In this document: positions 20,222-30,859 of the stretch, piece after piece
Layout: each line of letters begins with the position of its first letter
How positions within the stretch are numbered: position 1 is the first letter of the stretch
Assembly (NCBI GenBank): GCA_965207375.1
Contig: OZ242274.1
Coordinates: forward strand, 864,001 to 928,000
Origin: Nitrosopumilaceae archaeon
GTDB lineage: Archaea > Thermoproteota > Nitrososphaeria > Nitrososphaerales > Nitrosopumilaceae
Direction: 5' to 3'
Length of the DNA stretch: 64,000 bases
Program-made: the position numbers and the translations under genes
The notes under the pieces: model-generated
Databases searched by the model: none
What the model saw: only the letters and a program-made list of their open reading frames with translations
Told to the model about the DNA's origin: nothing

Positions 20222-23078
20222 AATGGAAGGAATCAAGAATCTCATAATTTGTAATCCATATGATGTTCCCTCCAAGCACTGGAGGTACGACCGCACAAAA
20301 AGAAAATTTGATCTTGTCTCTGGAAGAAGGTCTGCAGGATTCCTTGTTGCTTCCCCAGACAGCAAATCGTTTGATGATCCTGGAATATTCAAAGAACTAG
20401 AACTTGTAAACCGCATACGGGACAGGGTGGATGAGTGGAGAAAAAATGACTATCCAAATGTAACTGGAATCACACGAAATCTGTTGCAGTTTTGGCATGA
20501 TAAAACTAAGAGGGAATATCCATTCTTCTTTTGTCAGTTGGAGGCAATAGAGACACTAATCTGGCTTGTCGAAGCTGCAGATTCTGAAAAGCAGAGAATA
20601 GATATTCCGACAGATGGAGGACTGTTTCAGAGACTATGTTGTAAAATGGCAACAGGCTCAGGCAAGACCATAGTCATGGCAATGTTGATTGCATGGCAGA
20701 TAATCAACAAGGTTACCTATAGGCAGGATTCTAGGTTTTCAAAAAACATACTGGTAATGGCACCAGGTCTTACCGTAAAGTCAAGACTACAGGTATTGTT
20801 TCCAACCAATAATGATAATTTTTACGACATGTTTAGTATAGTTCCTGAATCATTTTATGAAAAATTACTCCAAGGCAAGTTTTCCATACACAACTGGCAC
20901 ACCTTGATGCCAGAAATTGATGCTCCAAGAAGCGTTGTAAAGCTTGGAGCAGAAAGTAACGGAGTATTTTCAAAAAGAGTCTTGGGACATGATTTCAAAA
21001 ATATTATCGTCATAAACGATGAGGCACATCATGCATATCGTGCAGATGCTGAGCAGACAAAAAATATCTCAAAGAAGGAGCTTGAGCGAGACAAGAGATG
21101 GATTGAGGGATTAGACAAGATACATGATGCAAGAAACATAGTAAAATGCTTTGATTTCTCGGCAACTCCGTTTATTCCCTCTGGAAAAAACGTCTCAGAA
21201 GACACATTGTTTGGATGGATAATATCAGACTTTTCACTAAATGATGCAATAGAGTCAGGTCTTACAAAGACTCCAAGAATTGCAATAAGAGATGACAGCA
21301 ACAGATTCTCCAAAGAGTATCGTTCTAGGTTTTATCATATTTACAAAGACGACGAAGTAAAGCCTGATCTCAACCGGAATGCAAAGCCACATGAAAAACT
21401 GCCAGATTTGATATCTAATGCATATCTTCTTTTGGGCCAGGATTGGCTTGCAACAAAGAAATTATGGGACAAGCAGGGCTCTAAGATTCCTCCTGTAATG
21501 ATAACAGTATGCAACAAGACAGAAACTGCTGCAAGGGTAATGTATTCATTTGAAAATAAAAGATTCGATATATCGGAGCTGTCAATTCCGGAATATCTGC
21601 TGCATATTGATTCTACTACGATGAACAAGGCCGAAGAAAAAGAGACAGCAACAAGCAAGTCAAACAGTACAGAGGAAATTCTTAGAGGTAAAGTCGATAC
21701 AGTAGGAAAACTAGGAAATCCTGGAGAGCAGATACGAAACATCGTTGCAGTACAAATGCTATCAGAAGGGTGGGATGCTAGAAACGTAACTCATATCCTG
21801 GGCCTGAGGGCGTTTTCAAGTCAGCTGCTCTGCGAGCAGGTTGTTGGAAGAGGATTGCGCAGAACTTCATATGACATTAATCCAGAAACTAGTCTGTTTT
21901 CTCCAGAATATGTCAATGTATTTGGAGTTCCGTTCACATTTTTGCCTCATGAGGGAGGTGACGGTACTCCTCCATTTCCAACCGATTCAGTTACAGTTAT
22001 CCAAGCCGATTCAGAAAAGATTCAGCATAGGATCTCTTGGCCCAACATTGAGAGAATCGACGTTGACTTTACCACAAATCTTTCAATAGACTGGAACAAT
22101 GTCAATCCGCTTGAATTACGTAGTAATGGTATCAGCACCACTGTTGGAATGGCAGACGTCATTGCAGGCAAGCCAAAGGTAGATCAGATGTCAGACATTG
22201 ATCTGTATGAACTAAACAAGGAAATAAGACTACAGCGAATAATTTTTTTGGCTGCCAAGGACGTCTATACTGTCATGTCTCCAAGCTGGAAGGGAGGCAA
22301 AGAATTTCTTTTGGCACAGATTGTCAAGCTTGTTGAACAGTTCATACATTCAGACAAGATCAATGTAACTGATGTATCTGATGACAATCTAAGAACGAGG
22401 ATGACTATTTTATTTAACATGCAAAAAATAGTATCTCATGTCTGCAAAAGTATAACAGATTCCAATATGGAAAGCAGGCACATAACCCTTCATTCTACAA
22501 AACCAATAAAATCTACATCTGACATGCGTCCATGGAACACAAAGAAACCCGCAGAGTACACCATAAAATCTCACATCAATCTAGCCGTATATGATTCAAA
22601 ATGGGAGATGGGTGCAGGACAGGAACTAGAGAGAAACAAAAACGTAGTATCATGGGTCAGAAACGATCACATTGGATTTGTCATAAAGTATCTGTACAAC
22701 GGAATCATACACGACTATTATCCTGATTTTTTAATCCAGCTCAAAAACAACGTCACTTTGGTCTTGGAGATAAAGGGAAAAGACGACAACCAGAATAAAG
22801 AAAAGCGCAGATATCTAGCAGATTGGATTGATGTCGTAAATGAGGATGGCAGCTACGGCACATGGACATGGGATGTAGCGTTTGATCCTACAGATGTAAG
22901 AGGCATAATTGCAACACATGTAAAGACTGACGTATCTGCAAGACAGCATGCAAAATGTCCCAAATGTGGCAAGACAGCTGCATCACGGCTCCAAACAGAC
23001 AAGGAGTTTGGATTTAGAAACGTGGATGGAATAGTTAGGCCGCAGTCATGGTGCAGAACTTGCAGAGTGAAAAAATAA
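20214..23078 (+). CDS. Type III-like restriction helicase-nuclease (Res, BPTD_3080-like)
   Basis: MATGSGKT, DEAHH, SAT, EGWD, QVVGRGLR, PD...EIKG; overlaps mod. Confidence 0.88.
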   Translation: MSKMEGIKNLIICNPYDVPSKHWRYDRTKRKFDLVSGRRSAGFLVASPDSKSFDDPGIFKELELVNRIRDRVDEWRKNDYPNVTGITRNLLQFWHDKTKREYPFFFCQLEAIETLIWLVEAADSEKQRIDIPTDGGLFQRLCCKMATGSGKTIVMAMLIAWQIINKVTYRQDSRFSKNILVMAPGLTVKSRLQVLFPTNNDNFYDMFSIVPESFYEKLLQGKFSIHNWHTLMPEIDAPRSVVKLGAESNGVFSKRVLGHDFKNIIVINDEAHHAYRADAEQTKNISKKELERDKRWIEGLDKIHDARNIVKCFDFSATPFIPSGKNVSEDTLFGWIISDFSLNDAIESGLTKTPRIAIRDDSNRFSKEYRSRFYHIYKDDEVKPDLNRNAKPHEKLPDLISNAYLLLGQDWLATKKLWDKQGSKIPPVMITVCNKTETAARVMYSFENKRFDISELSIPEYLLHIDSTTMNKAEEKETATSKSNSTEEILRGKVDTVGKLGNPGEQIRNIVAVQMLSEGWDARNVTHILGLRAFSSQLLCEQVVGRGLRRTSYDINPETSLFSPEYVNVFGVPFTFLPHEGGDGTPPFPTDSVTVIQADSEKIQHRISWPNIERIDVDFTTNLSIDWNNVNPLELRSNGISTTVGMADVIAGKPKVDQMSDIDLYELNKEIRLQRIIFLAAKDVYTVMSPSWKGGKEFLLAQIVKLVEQFIHSDKINVTDVSDDNLRTRMTILFNMQKIVSHVCKSITDSNMESRHITLHSTKPIKSTSDMRPWNTKKPAEYTIKSHINLAVYDSKWEMGAGQELERNKNVVSWVRNDHIGFVIKYLYNGIIHDYYPDFLIQLKNNVTLVLEIKGKDDNQNKEKRRYLADWIDVVNEDGSYGTWTWDVAFDPTDVRGIIATHVKTDVSARQHAKCPKCGKTAASRLQTDKEFGFRNVDGIVRPQSWCRTCRVKK

Positions 23079-23094
23079 TTTGCAACATGCTTTG

Positions 23095-23158
23095 ACGTGC
23101 GTAAAAAACTCCAAATCTGTGATTTTTACATCCGGTTTAGGCATCATATCATAAACTC
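23095..23158 (+). repeat. Dispersed ~60 bp repeat, copy 2
   Basis: ACGTGCGTAAAAAACTCCAAATCTGTGATTTTTACATCCGGTTTAGG. Confidence 0.6.
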
Positions 23159-23206
23159 GTTATATTACTACAAAATGAGTGATTATCTCTTGTAATAACT
23201 AATAAT

Positions 23207-23683
23207 TCAATCTAATTCTTTGATTTTTAAAAGTGATCTATTGTTGTCATTTGAAAGTGTCTCTATTTCCAAACACGTTGTCATGATTTTTCTCTCGAGT
23301 AAAATGCAGAGTCTAAGTTTAAAACTTTTTGAAACATAGGTTTCCTCATCAATCATTCCTTCCTCTCTCATGATGTCTAACCATCTTTCTGTTCCCTTGA
23401 AATTAAGCATTTGGAAAATCTTTCGCGCCTTCAAATCATCTGATACGATACAATCACTTTCTCCTCCGGCATCTTGCATAAATGCTATAGCTTCACATTC
23501 TCCTTTGTGGAGTTGTGGGTATTCATTTAGGATTTGTTCCGCCCTTAATTGATTAATTTTTACAATCGTCACTGTCTTTTCCTCAGCTAAATCTTGTAGA
23601 ATTTCTTTTCCTGGAGATTTTTTAATCTCATTGGCAACTCCTGGAATAATTATCTTGTAATGTTTTGACAGCTCAACAATACC
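23207..23683 (-). pseudogene. Truncated PIN-domain (DUF3368-like) protein
   Basis: IIIPGVANEI, LHKGECEAIA, IVSDDLKAR; the N-terminal Asp strand and start codon are missing. Confidence 0.6.
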
Positions 23684-23980
23684 TTATTCAAAATCTATCG
23701 TGAATTTTTCTTTTGGTAATACTGGAGGTTTCTCACCTGCTTGTTTTAGCTTTCTTATCTTGCTGTGTACCTGTTGATAGTTTAACCCAATTACTCTTTC
23801 TATTCTTTGCTGATATTCCTCAAACATCCATAGTATGCCATCTATATGTTTTTTTGTAGATGCCTCTCTGTCAGTTTGTGGAGGCGTAAGAGTTTTTTGT
23901 AGAAATTTTAGTGATTTGGTAATTTCATGCATGTGAAGTACAAATGATTCTTTTTGTGTCAAATCGTTCATATACATCAC
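23684..23980 (-). CDS. Hypothetical protein
   Basis: 98-aa ORF directly downstream of the secreted protein gene. Confidence 0.5.
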   Translation of the reverse strand: MMYMNDLTQKESFVLHMHEITKSLKFLQKTLTPPQTDREASTKKHIDGILWMFEEYQQRIERVIGLNYQQVHSKIRKLKQAGEKPPVLPKEKFTIDFE

Positions 23981-24010
23981 TTGTTATCTTTGTAAATAAA
24001 AAAGGGGAGT

Positions 24011-24704
24011 TTATACCCTATACAGTCCTCTCCAATCCTCATTGCCTGAATTGTCAGATCCCATCAATGGTTCGTATGTGGTTTGAACAGACCAACTTAG
24101 AAGATTTCCGCTATCAATTCCACAATTGCATGTTTGTATGATGTTTCCAGATTGTTGATTGTCAGTCTTCATTGTACAGGATAATCCCTTTGAATTGTTT
24201 CTGACTAAGTCAATTTCTTTAAAATAGACGTTCTCACAATTTGGCCAAAACCAACCCGTACTTTTCGCATCTGGTATGCCCCAATCCCAACTTATGGTGT
24301 CCGTATCTGTATTGATTTTTCCGGTAACCTTTTCTGATGCAGAAACGATTGTCGAATTATCACATGCCTTGTGATAATCATTTACCTCTATTTGTAAACC
24401 TGTAAATGTTCTTGTAGTAATTCGATCACTTGGAGCATATTCTGTTTCCTGTTGTGCAAGTTGGAAAACCTTCAATTCTATTTTGTTTTTTTCTATTTTG
24501 GTAATTTTTGCAAGAATAGATTCTTGTTTTTCTTTAGATTCTGTTGTATTATCAGTTTTGAGTTGTTGACGTTTAATCAAGTTGTACTTTGTAACAAGCA
24601 TATCTATCTCATCACTGATATTGTACTGTTTTTCTGCTAGTGCATAGTCCATCATTGAAAATGGAAGAATTATTGTTGCAATCAATATTGTTTTTATTTT
24701 TCAT
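24011..24704 (-). CDS. Secreted Cys-containing hypothetical protein (ATG 24704 is out of frame by +1)
   Basis: KTILIATIILPFSMMDYALA signal peptide; removing one A from an A5 run after the ATG restores MKIKTILI... Confidence 0.55.
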
Positions 24705-24726
24705 GTTCTTGCATACTCTACAACTC

Positions 24727-24759
24727 TTATATTAAAATTGATATTGACTTGCGGTATGC
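24727..24759 (-). promoter_or_regulatory. Conserved 33-bp promoter element including TATA box
   Basis: 30/33 identical to 41776-41808; lies 22-23 nt upstream of the ATG in both copies. Confidence 0.65.
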
Positions 24760-24887
24760 CTTTTAGGTACAAAAAGCCATTACTTTTTGTACTAGTTTCT
24801 AGATATGTGATTTTTAGCAAAAGGCATCAAATTGCCATGATAAAACCCAATTTGACATTTGATCCCTTGTATTGTGTAATCTCAGAT

Positions 24888-26134
24888 CAGCTAAGCGAAA
24901 TGTGGGCAAAATAGGCCAAAATCCACCAAAAATGCAAACAGATCAATAGGGGCGGCTCCAGATGATTTTCAGTGACTAAACAAAAAACCAAACAGAGCCG
25001 TGAACTATTAAACAATCCACGATTATATCAAGATGCCGCATCTGGTGCCAAAAACATGCTTGCATGCACTACTTGGTCAGTAAGTGACAATACGATATAT
25101 GGAGTTGATGATCTCAGCACCGGAATGTTGAGGGCTGCCATTATGGACTCCTCCGTAGGAGGATGTGCAAATGCAGTAAAACAAAAAAACAGCAACACGC
25201 CATCTGACCGGTGGTATGCATCTGCAATCAAGGGTATATCAGAGGAATCAGTACAGGACGTTTTCCAATTACAGATAGCAAGACAGGTTAAGATTCTCAA
25301 AAAAATGGGAAAGATTCCAAAGAAGGGGATTACAGTTGCAATGGACCTACACCTCATATGCCGTTATGACAGGACACACGGAGAGGAGCTGACTCGTTCC
25401 AAATACAAAAACGGCACAACATACTTTGAGCGTTACATGACGGTTCACTGTGTGGATGATACAATGAGAGTCGTTCTAGCTGCAATACATCTCAAAATGC
25501 TTGATTCCGTGCCTAAATCGGTGAATTTCTTACTCAAAACACTGTCGGATTTGGGAGTAAAAGTTCGTCTGGCATTATGTGATCGTGAGTTTTTCTCAGT
25601 AGATACAATGCAGATGCTGATTCAAAACGACGTATCCTTTTTGATACCTTGCAGGAATACACCAAATGTAAAATCTGCACTAGACGAGTATAGTCGTAAA
25701 AAACGCGATGTAACATCAGAGTGCACACTACAAAACGACTGTCATTCTGTACCGTATACAATGATAGTAGAAAGAAGAAAGGGATCAAAGGATACTGATG
25801 TTGCCGAGGAAAAATACATTGGCTTTGCAACCAACTGTAATACTGTAGACGTTACAGAATATGCAAGTAGGTGGGGGATAGAATCAGGATACGGTAAGAT
25901 AGAAGAATGCAGGGCCAAGACACGAATCAAGGATAATGTATCAAGAATGCTGTGTTTTTATTATTCGCTGATACTGTACAACGAGTGGATAATTATCAGG
26001 GCTATTCTTTGTGATGATACCGCAAGTCAGAGTATTATGACAATGTTAGTTTTCAAAGTACAAATGGATTTTGAGGCAATACGTCAGTCCAAGCCGCCGC
26101 CAGGGTAGGATTTGGGCCACATTTCGCTTAGCTG
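24888..26134 (+). mobile_element. ISH3 (IS4-like) insertion sequence
   Basis: TIR CAGCTAAGCGAAATGTGG at both ends; 5-bp TSD CAGAT at 24883-24887 and 26135-26139. Confidence 0.92.
24972..26108 (+). CDS. ISH3-family transposase
   Basis: VAMD, LCDREFFS, YASRWGIESGY. Confidence 0.88.
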   Translation: MTKQKTKQSRELLNNPRLYQDAASGAKNMLACTTWSVSDNTIYGVDDLSTGMLRAAIMDSSVGGCANAVKQKNSNTPSDRWYASAIKGISEESVQDVFQLQIARQVKILKKMGKIPKKGITVAMDLHLICRYDRTHGEELTRSKYKNGTTYFERYMTVHCVDDTMRVVLAAIHLKMLDSVPKSVNFLLKTLSDLGVKVRLALCDREFFSVDTMQMLIQNDVSFLIPCRNTPNVKSALDEYSRKKRDVTSECTLQNDCHSVPYTMIVERRKGSKDTDVAEEKYIGFATNCNTVDVTEYASRWGIESGYGKIEECRAKTRIKDNVSRMLCFYYSLILYNEWIIIRAILCDDTASQSIMTMLVFKVQMDFEAIRQSKPPPG

Positions 26135-26149
26135 CAGATGAGGCCAAAC

Positions 26150-27412
26150 CTAAATCACATCCTTTTTGACATACTCTCGCAGCACCTTTGGAATTTCTAT
26201 GTGGCCGTCCTTTGTCTGAAAGTTCTCCATAATTGACACCAAAACCCGCGTGGTTGCAACAAGCGTGCTGTTTAGCGTATGTATGTATCTGGTATTCTCA
26301 TTTGTATTGTCCCTGAATCGAATCTTTAACCTCCTTGCCTGATAATCCCAGCAGTTAGAACATGATACAATTTCCCTGTAAGAGTTCTGGCCTGCCATCC
26401 ATGCCTCAATATCCCAAGTCTTTGCAGAGACCTTTCCGATATCTGCACTAGACAATAACATGACCCTGTAGGGAATCTCCAAATTCTGATAAAACTGCTC
26501 TGCTGCCTCTAGCATCATTTCGTGCTCCTTTTGCGAATCTTCTGGCCTTGCAAATACGAACTGTTCTATCTTTTCAAACTGGTGTACCCTGAAAATTCCC
26601 TTTTGATCCCGTCCGTGTGCTCCTGCCTCCTTTCTAAAGCACGGGCTGACTCCTGCATATTTTATTGGCAGAGCAGCACCATCAATTATCTCATCAGCAT
26701 GCATGGCAGCCATCGCATGCTCTGAGGTTCCAATCAAAAACAGGTCCTCATCTTGTACCTTGTATATGACCTCTTCAAAATCCTCCGCAATTACTGCGCC
26801 CTCCATGGCCGCACGATTGATCATGTATGGGGGCTGTACCAAAGAGTACCTGCGCCCTGCTAGAAAATCAAGCGCATACTGTATCAGGGCATGATTTAGT
26901 TTGACCAAATCATCTCTCAAATAATAGAACCTAGCACCTGAAACCTTGGCTGCCCTTTTAAGATCCACTAAATTAAGCCTCTCTGACAAATCTATGTGGT
27001 CTTTTATTTGAAAATCAAACTGTGGTATATTTCCCCATTTTCTAACCTCCATATTAGCAGACTCATCTGATCCGATGGGAATCGTATCATCAATTAGATT
27101 CGGTATGGCAAATGCCAACTTTTCATATCTTGATTTTGTGTCTTCTTGTTGTATCTCTAATTTTTCTAGTTCTGATGAAAGCGTTTTTAGCTCGCTTATT
27201 ATGTTGTCTGCATCTTGGCCTGCCTTTTTTTTATCTGCAATTTGCAGTGCTATTTTATTTTTTTCAGTCCTTATCTCATCTGTTTTTATTATCATCTCCA
27301 ATCTTTGATTATTGGCAGAAATCAAGCCGTCCAAGTCAAAATCAACTGTCCTGTCTTTTAGCATTTTACGAATCTTATCTGGATTCTCTTTGAGAATTTT
27401 AGGATCAAGCAT
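26150..27412 (-). CDS. serS: Serine--tRNA ligase
   Basis: LIGTSE, FRKEAG, RVHQFEK, EIVSCSNC, HTLNST. Confidence 0.96.
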   Translation of the reverse strand: MLDPKILKENPDKIRKMLKDRTVDFDLDGLISANNQRLEMIIKTDEIRTEKNKIALQIADKKKAGQDADNIISELKTLSSELEKLEIQQEDTKSRYEKLAFAIPNLIDDTIPIGSDESANMEVRKWGNIPQFDFQIKDHIDLSERLNLVDLKRAAKVSGARFYYLRDDLVKLNHALIQYALDFLAGRRYSLVQPPYMINRAAMEGAVIAEDFEEVIYKVQDEDLFLIGTSEHAMAAMHADEIIDGAALPIKYAGVSPCFRKEAGAHGRDQKGIFRVHQFEKIEQFVFARPEDSQKEHEMMLEAAEQFYQNLEIPYRVMLLSSADIGKVSAKTWDIEAWMAGQNSYREIVSCSNCWDYQARRLKIRFRDNTNENTRYIHTLNSTLVATTRVLVSIMENFQTKDGHIEIPKVLREYVKKDVI

Positions 27413-27655
27413 TTATTCTATCACCTTTAGAGCCACCTGAATGTGCTCCATTACTTCATCTACTGTGCCTATCAATTTTCTCATATCTCCTTGACTCTTA
27501 AACTCAAAAACAAGCTTGTTATCAACATTTTTCATTTCAAGACTCAAATTTTTTGGAAAATTTACATTGTCTGGCTCTAGTGCCTTTCTGACGGCTTTTG
27601 CCTTTTGCTTGGGCACGTCATTTAGTGTTATTTGGACCTGGCATTTTAACGACAT
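27413..27655 (-). CDS. pcc1: KEOPS complex subunit Pcc1
   Basis: ALEPDN motif; conserved position between recJ-like and serS genes. Confidence 0.75.
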   Translation of the reverse strand: MSLKCQVQITLNDVPKQKAKAVRKALEPDNVNFPKNLSLEMKNVDNKLVFEFKSQGDMRKLIGTVDEVMEHIQVALKVIE

Positions 27656-29039
27656 TGGTTTCTAGATAGTCTAAAAATCCATCTAATTTGTCTTTAGTTA
27701 TTTTTGCCCCAGCTGCTGCATCGTGGCCTCCGCCGATACCCTGAAACTTTTCTGCCCCTACTCTCATCAATTCACTGAGATTGACGTCTGATTTGCATCC
27801 AAACGATTTCCTAGATGAGAATTTTATCTGCCCCTCGTCATTCATGGTTCGCAATATGACGATTTTGCCTGCATTTTTTGGTGATCCTGCAATTAGTGAT
27901 GATATGGTTCCAGTCATTGTTTCTGGAACTAGCCCCACACCATTTACCATTACACAAGTCTCGCTTTCAGATGTTCTCCATCTCTCCCCTGATAAAACAT
28001 TCATGTAATTTCTAATCTTTTTTCTATACTCTGCAAGTATTATCTCTCCTTCCCTGAGGCTTTTGTTCCTGTCTCCCATGCATATTGCCATTCCAACACC
28101 TGATTTGTTGATTCTACCACACGAGTTTAACATGGTTGAAAACTCCCTTGCATCCTTTAGAAAACTGCGGCCGTCCTCTCTTGGAAACGTGTAGGTGTAT
28201 CCGATTAACTCTGACATGATGTCTGTTGCATTTTTTCCTGATGTGTATTGTGTGATTGCCTCAACAAGAGTTCTTTTTTCCTCATCTGTCAACTCTGCAG
28301 GAACCCTCCATCTGCCGCCATCCTTTAGCGAGATTCCTGCGTTTTGTAAAAGTGCATAACACGAATCTCTGTTCCATGTTAATCCTTCAATAAACGGCTG
28401 TGAGGTAAATGCTAATGCATCAGCCAAGGGTCTAGTCTCTCTTCCTACTAGGAGCATGTCTAGTTCTACATCGAGTAACCCTTGCTGTCTTGCATCCTCT
28501 GCAATTTCTGCATTTTTGCCTGTAAATGATTTTTTATCTCCCTGGTCTTGCCTGTCTCCTAGGGCCGAAACCACTGCTATTGCAGACAAATCCCTATTTT
28601 TTTCATCCATTGCCTTTGATGCCAAATATGCCATCCCGCCTGCACAAATCTCGACTCCACCATCTATTCCGTACTTCCAAGCATTGATGACTTTGGAATT
28701 GTCCTTTTCATCCTCTGATATTTCGTGATGATCTAGTACAAACCAATCATCTCCTAACTTTTCACTTAATTTGCTGCCAAAGCCTCCACCAAGGTCTGTT
28801 ACAATATGAAAATCTCTCTGATCTTTTTTCAGCTCATCTACCACGCTTGAACTAAACTCTTTGGATGTTCTTACAGTTACATTTGCACCTGCCCGTATCA
28901 GTGCCTTTGCAATAATACTGCCAGATGTTAATCCATCACAATCTATGTGGGTTGTAACCGAAATTGATTTGCGTGATTTTATAAGATCTGATATTGTGTC
29001 ACTAAAATCTGATAACGCATCGTCCAGCTTTTGAACCAT
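27618..29039 (-). CDS. DHH-family phosphoesterase (RecJ/GAN-like)
   Basis: HIDCDG, TDLG, LDHH, GGGHDAAAG. Confidence 0.9.
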   Translation of the reverse strand: MVQKLDDALSDFSDTISDLIKSRKSISVTTHIDCDGLTSGSIIAKALIRAGANVTVRTSKEFSSSVVDELKKDQRDFHIVTDLGGGFGSKLSEKLGDDWFVLDHHEISEDEKDNSKVINAWKYGIDGGVEICAGGMAYLASKAMDEKNRDLSAIAVVSALGDRQDQGDKKSFTGKNAEIAEDARQQGLLDVELDMLLVGRETRPLADALAFTSQPFIEGLTWNRDSCYALLQNAGISLKDGGRWRVPAELTDEEKRTLVEAITQYTSGKNATDIMSELIGYTYTFPREDGRSFLKDAREFSTMLNSCGRINKSGVGMAICMGDRNKSLREGEIILAEYRKKIRNYMNVLSGERWRTSESETCVMVNGVGLVPETMTGTISSLIAGSPKNAGKIVILRTMNDEGQIKFSSRKSFGCKSDVNLSELMRVGAEKFQGIGGGHDAAAGAKITKDKLDGFLDYLETNVVKMPGPNNTK

Positions 29040-29488
29040 TACTCTAGTTGAGCCACTACTGACTTATATTTCCAATTTTGAGGAATCCTCTTGATTCTCT
29101 TGTAATATACTGCAAGTCTGTGTACCTTTGCCTCAATTAATTCCAAGGATCTAACGTTTCTTCGGTCTCCTTTGTTGGCCTTGAGATGCTTTTGCAAACC
29201 TACTGCCTTTCTGACAATGTTATCAAGATCTTCGGGCATTTCAGATTCTAGGTCATTTTCTTTTAGAATTTGACCTACTGTCTTTTTTGTAATTGGCTTT
29301 GTCAATGGGATAGAATGCTGGTCTCTTAATCTGATTCCAATTTGGCTCGGAGTCAGACCTTCCTTTGAATACTTTACAACTAGCCCCTCTACCTCCTTTG
29401 GACTCTGTGTAATCCATGATGGTGCCCTTACCGTTACGGGTCTAATAGAGTGTGATTTCCCATGTCTATGACTGTGGAGTCTTCCCAT
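29039..29488 (-). CDS. rps15: 30S ribosomal protein S15 (uS15)
   Basis: MGRLHSHRHGKSHS, PSQIG..LRD, LIEAKVHRL. Confidence 0.95.
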   Translation of the reverse strand: MGRLHSHRHGKSHSIRPVTVRAPSWITQSPKEVEGLVVKYSKEGLTPSQIGIRLRDQHSIPLTKPITKKTVGQILKENDLESEMPEDLDNIVRKAVGLQKHLKANKGDRRNVRSLELIEAKVHRLAVYYKRIKRIPQNWKYKSVVAQLE

Positions 29489-29696
29489 ATGCGTGCTGAC
29501 TTTGAAACAGAATTAAACGTTACTTATTGTATAATCGACTCTGGATCTTCGAAATTCACGCCTCATATCATTATATCTGAGACAGACAGGGGGACATTTT
29601 GGCATCTTGTTGCGGATCTCGTTAAAAATTCCCAGATCCTATACTCAGAATAAAGATTAAATAAGTACAATTAGCATTTTAACATAGGTAAACGGT

Positions 29697-30026
29697 ATGA
29701 CTAAAACAATACTATTAGCAGGACTACTGGCCGTTGTCGCAATGGGCACAATGGGTTCCATTGGAGCCGCATATGCTCAATACTTGGGTAACGTAGGTTC
29801 CAATGATGAAACCGGAAAATACACGCTTGAAGAGGCACTTGCACTTCAACATGCAAGAGTAACCTCAGCAAACGCAAACCCAGCAGCAGGTTCAGGTACC
29901 CCATACATTAGCGCCGACGGTGTCGTTGGTGCTTCAATTATTTCCGGTGCAGTCTTTGGCGGAATTGCAGCAGCATTCTTCTTTAGATCTCGTTCTGGAA
30001 AATACGCTGCTATGGGCAGAGGTTAA
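29697..30026 (+). CDS. Conserved AOA membrane protein, candidate AmoZ
   Basis: Signal peptide, helical soluble part, C-terminal TM; sits between rps15 and the amo cluster; identity from recalled synteny. Confidence 0.55.
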   Translation: MTKTILLAGLLAVVAMGTMGSIGAAYAQYLGNVGSNDETGKYTLEEALALQHARVTSANANPAAGSGTPYISADGVVGASIISGAVFGGIAAAFFFRSRSGKYAAMGRG

Positions 30027-30139
30027 ACAATACCACACCTTTTCTATTTTATTAGATCTACTGTATCTATGATGCCTGATCTCGTACATGTTTCACTTGA
30101 CAGAAATCTATATATCGCAGAAATATTGTTCATCATTTA

Positions 30140-30409
30140 ATGACTCCTATAGTAGGAACGTTCCTTAACATCCTTTCAACACTTACGGGACAGTTGGGAC
30201 CAAACTATGACCCACTATTTTACGATGTCATGATTTACATCTTCGGTACCATGATGTTTGTCGTTTTCCTTTTAGGAATTATCGCATTCTGGTTACGTGT
30301 ACACGGTTGGTCTTACAAGGATAATCGTGAGAGATGGGTTGATGAATTAGACAGACACTTTGAGAGAGAAGGCATTGGTTTAATTCCAGACAACGGTAAA
30401 TACTGGTAG
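30140..30409 (+). CDS. Conserved AOA single-TM protein, candidate AmoY
   Basis: One TM plus charged C-terminal tail; own TATA and T-rich terminator; identity from recalled synteny. Confidence 0.55.
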   Translation: MTPIVGTFLNILSTLTGQLGPNYDPLFYDVMIYIFGTMMFVVFLLGIIAFWLRVHGWSYKDNRERWVDELDRHFEREGIGLIPDNGKYW

Positions 30410-30672
30410 CAAAATCTCTTTTCTTTTCATTATTTTTGATATTTTACAGACTAGAGTCTAAATGATTGTTTACAGTATATGGTGAGGTCTTGTCAATGAA
30501 ACTATCGTAAAATAGCAAAGCCTGATTGGGTAACACTTACACCTTCTAAAGTTTCAATTATAAATCAAAATAGAAAGACACAAGGAATCATGACACAAGT
30601 CATTGATTTCGGAATTTGAGATTATCTGTGTTGATTGGAACCATACTGATGTTCTCAAGACAGCAGAGTTTT

Positions 30673-30765
30673 CAGCTAAGCAAAATGTGACCCAAATTCT
30701 TGCCCACGCATCTATTTGAATTTCGGGGTAGATTTTGGCTTATTCTGTCTACTTTTGTTTAGCTG
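30673..30765 (-). mobile_element. 93-bp MITE derived from ISH3
   Basis: Both ends resemble the ends of 24888-26134; 5-bp TSD GTTTT at 30668-30672 and 30766-30770. Confidence 0.75.
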
Positions 30766-30859
30766 GTTTTTCAACAAAGGATTTAACGCCATAGGTACAG
30801 AAAACGTGCAGATAAAAAAAAGCCCAAATCCTTGACATAAAGGTCTGATGACACAAATC

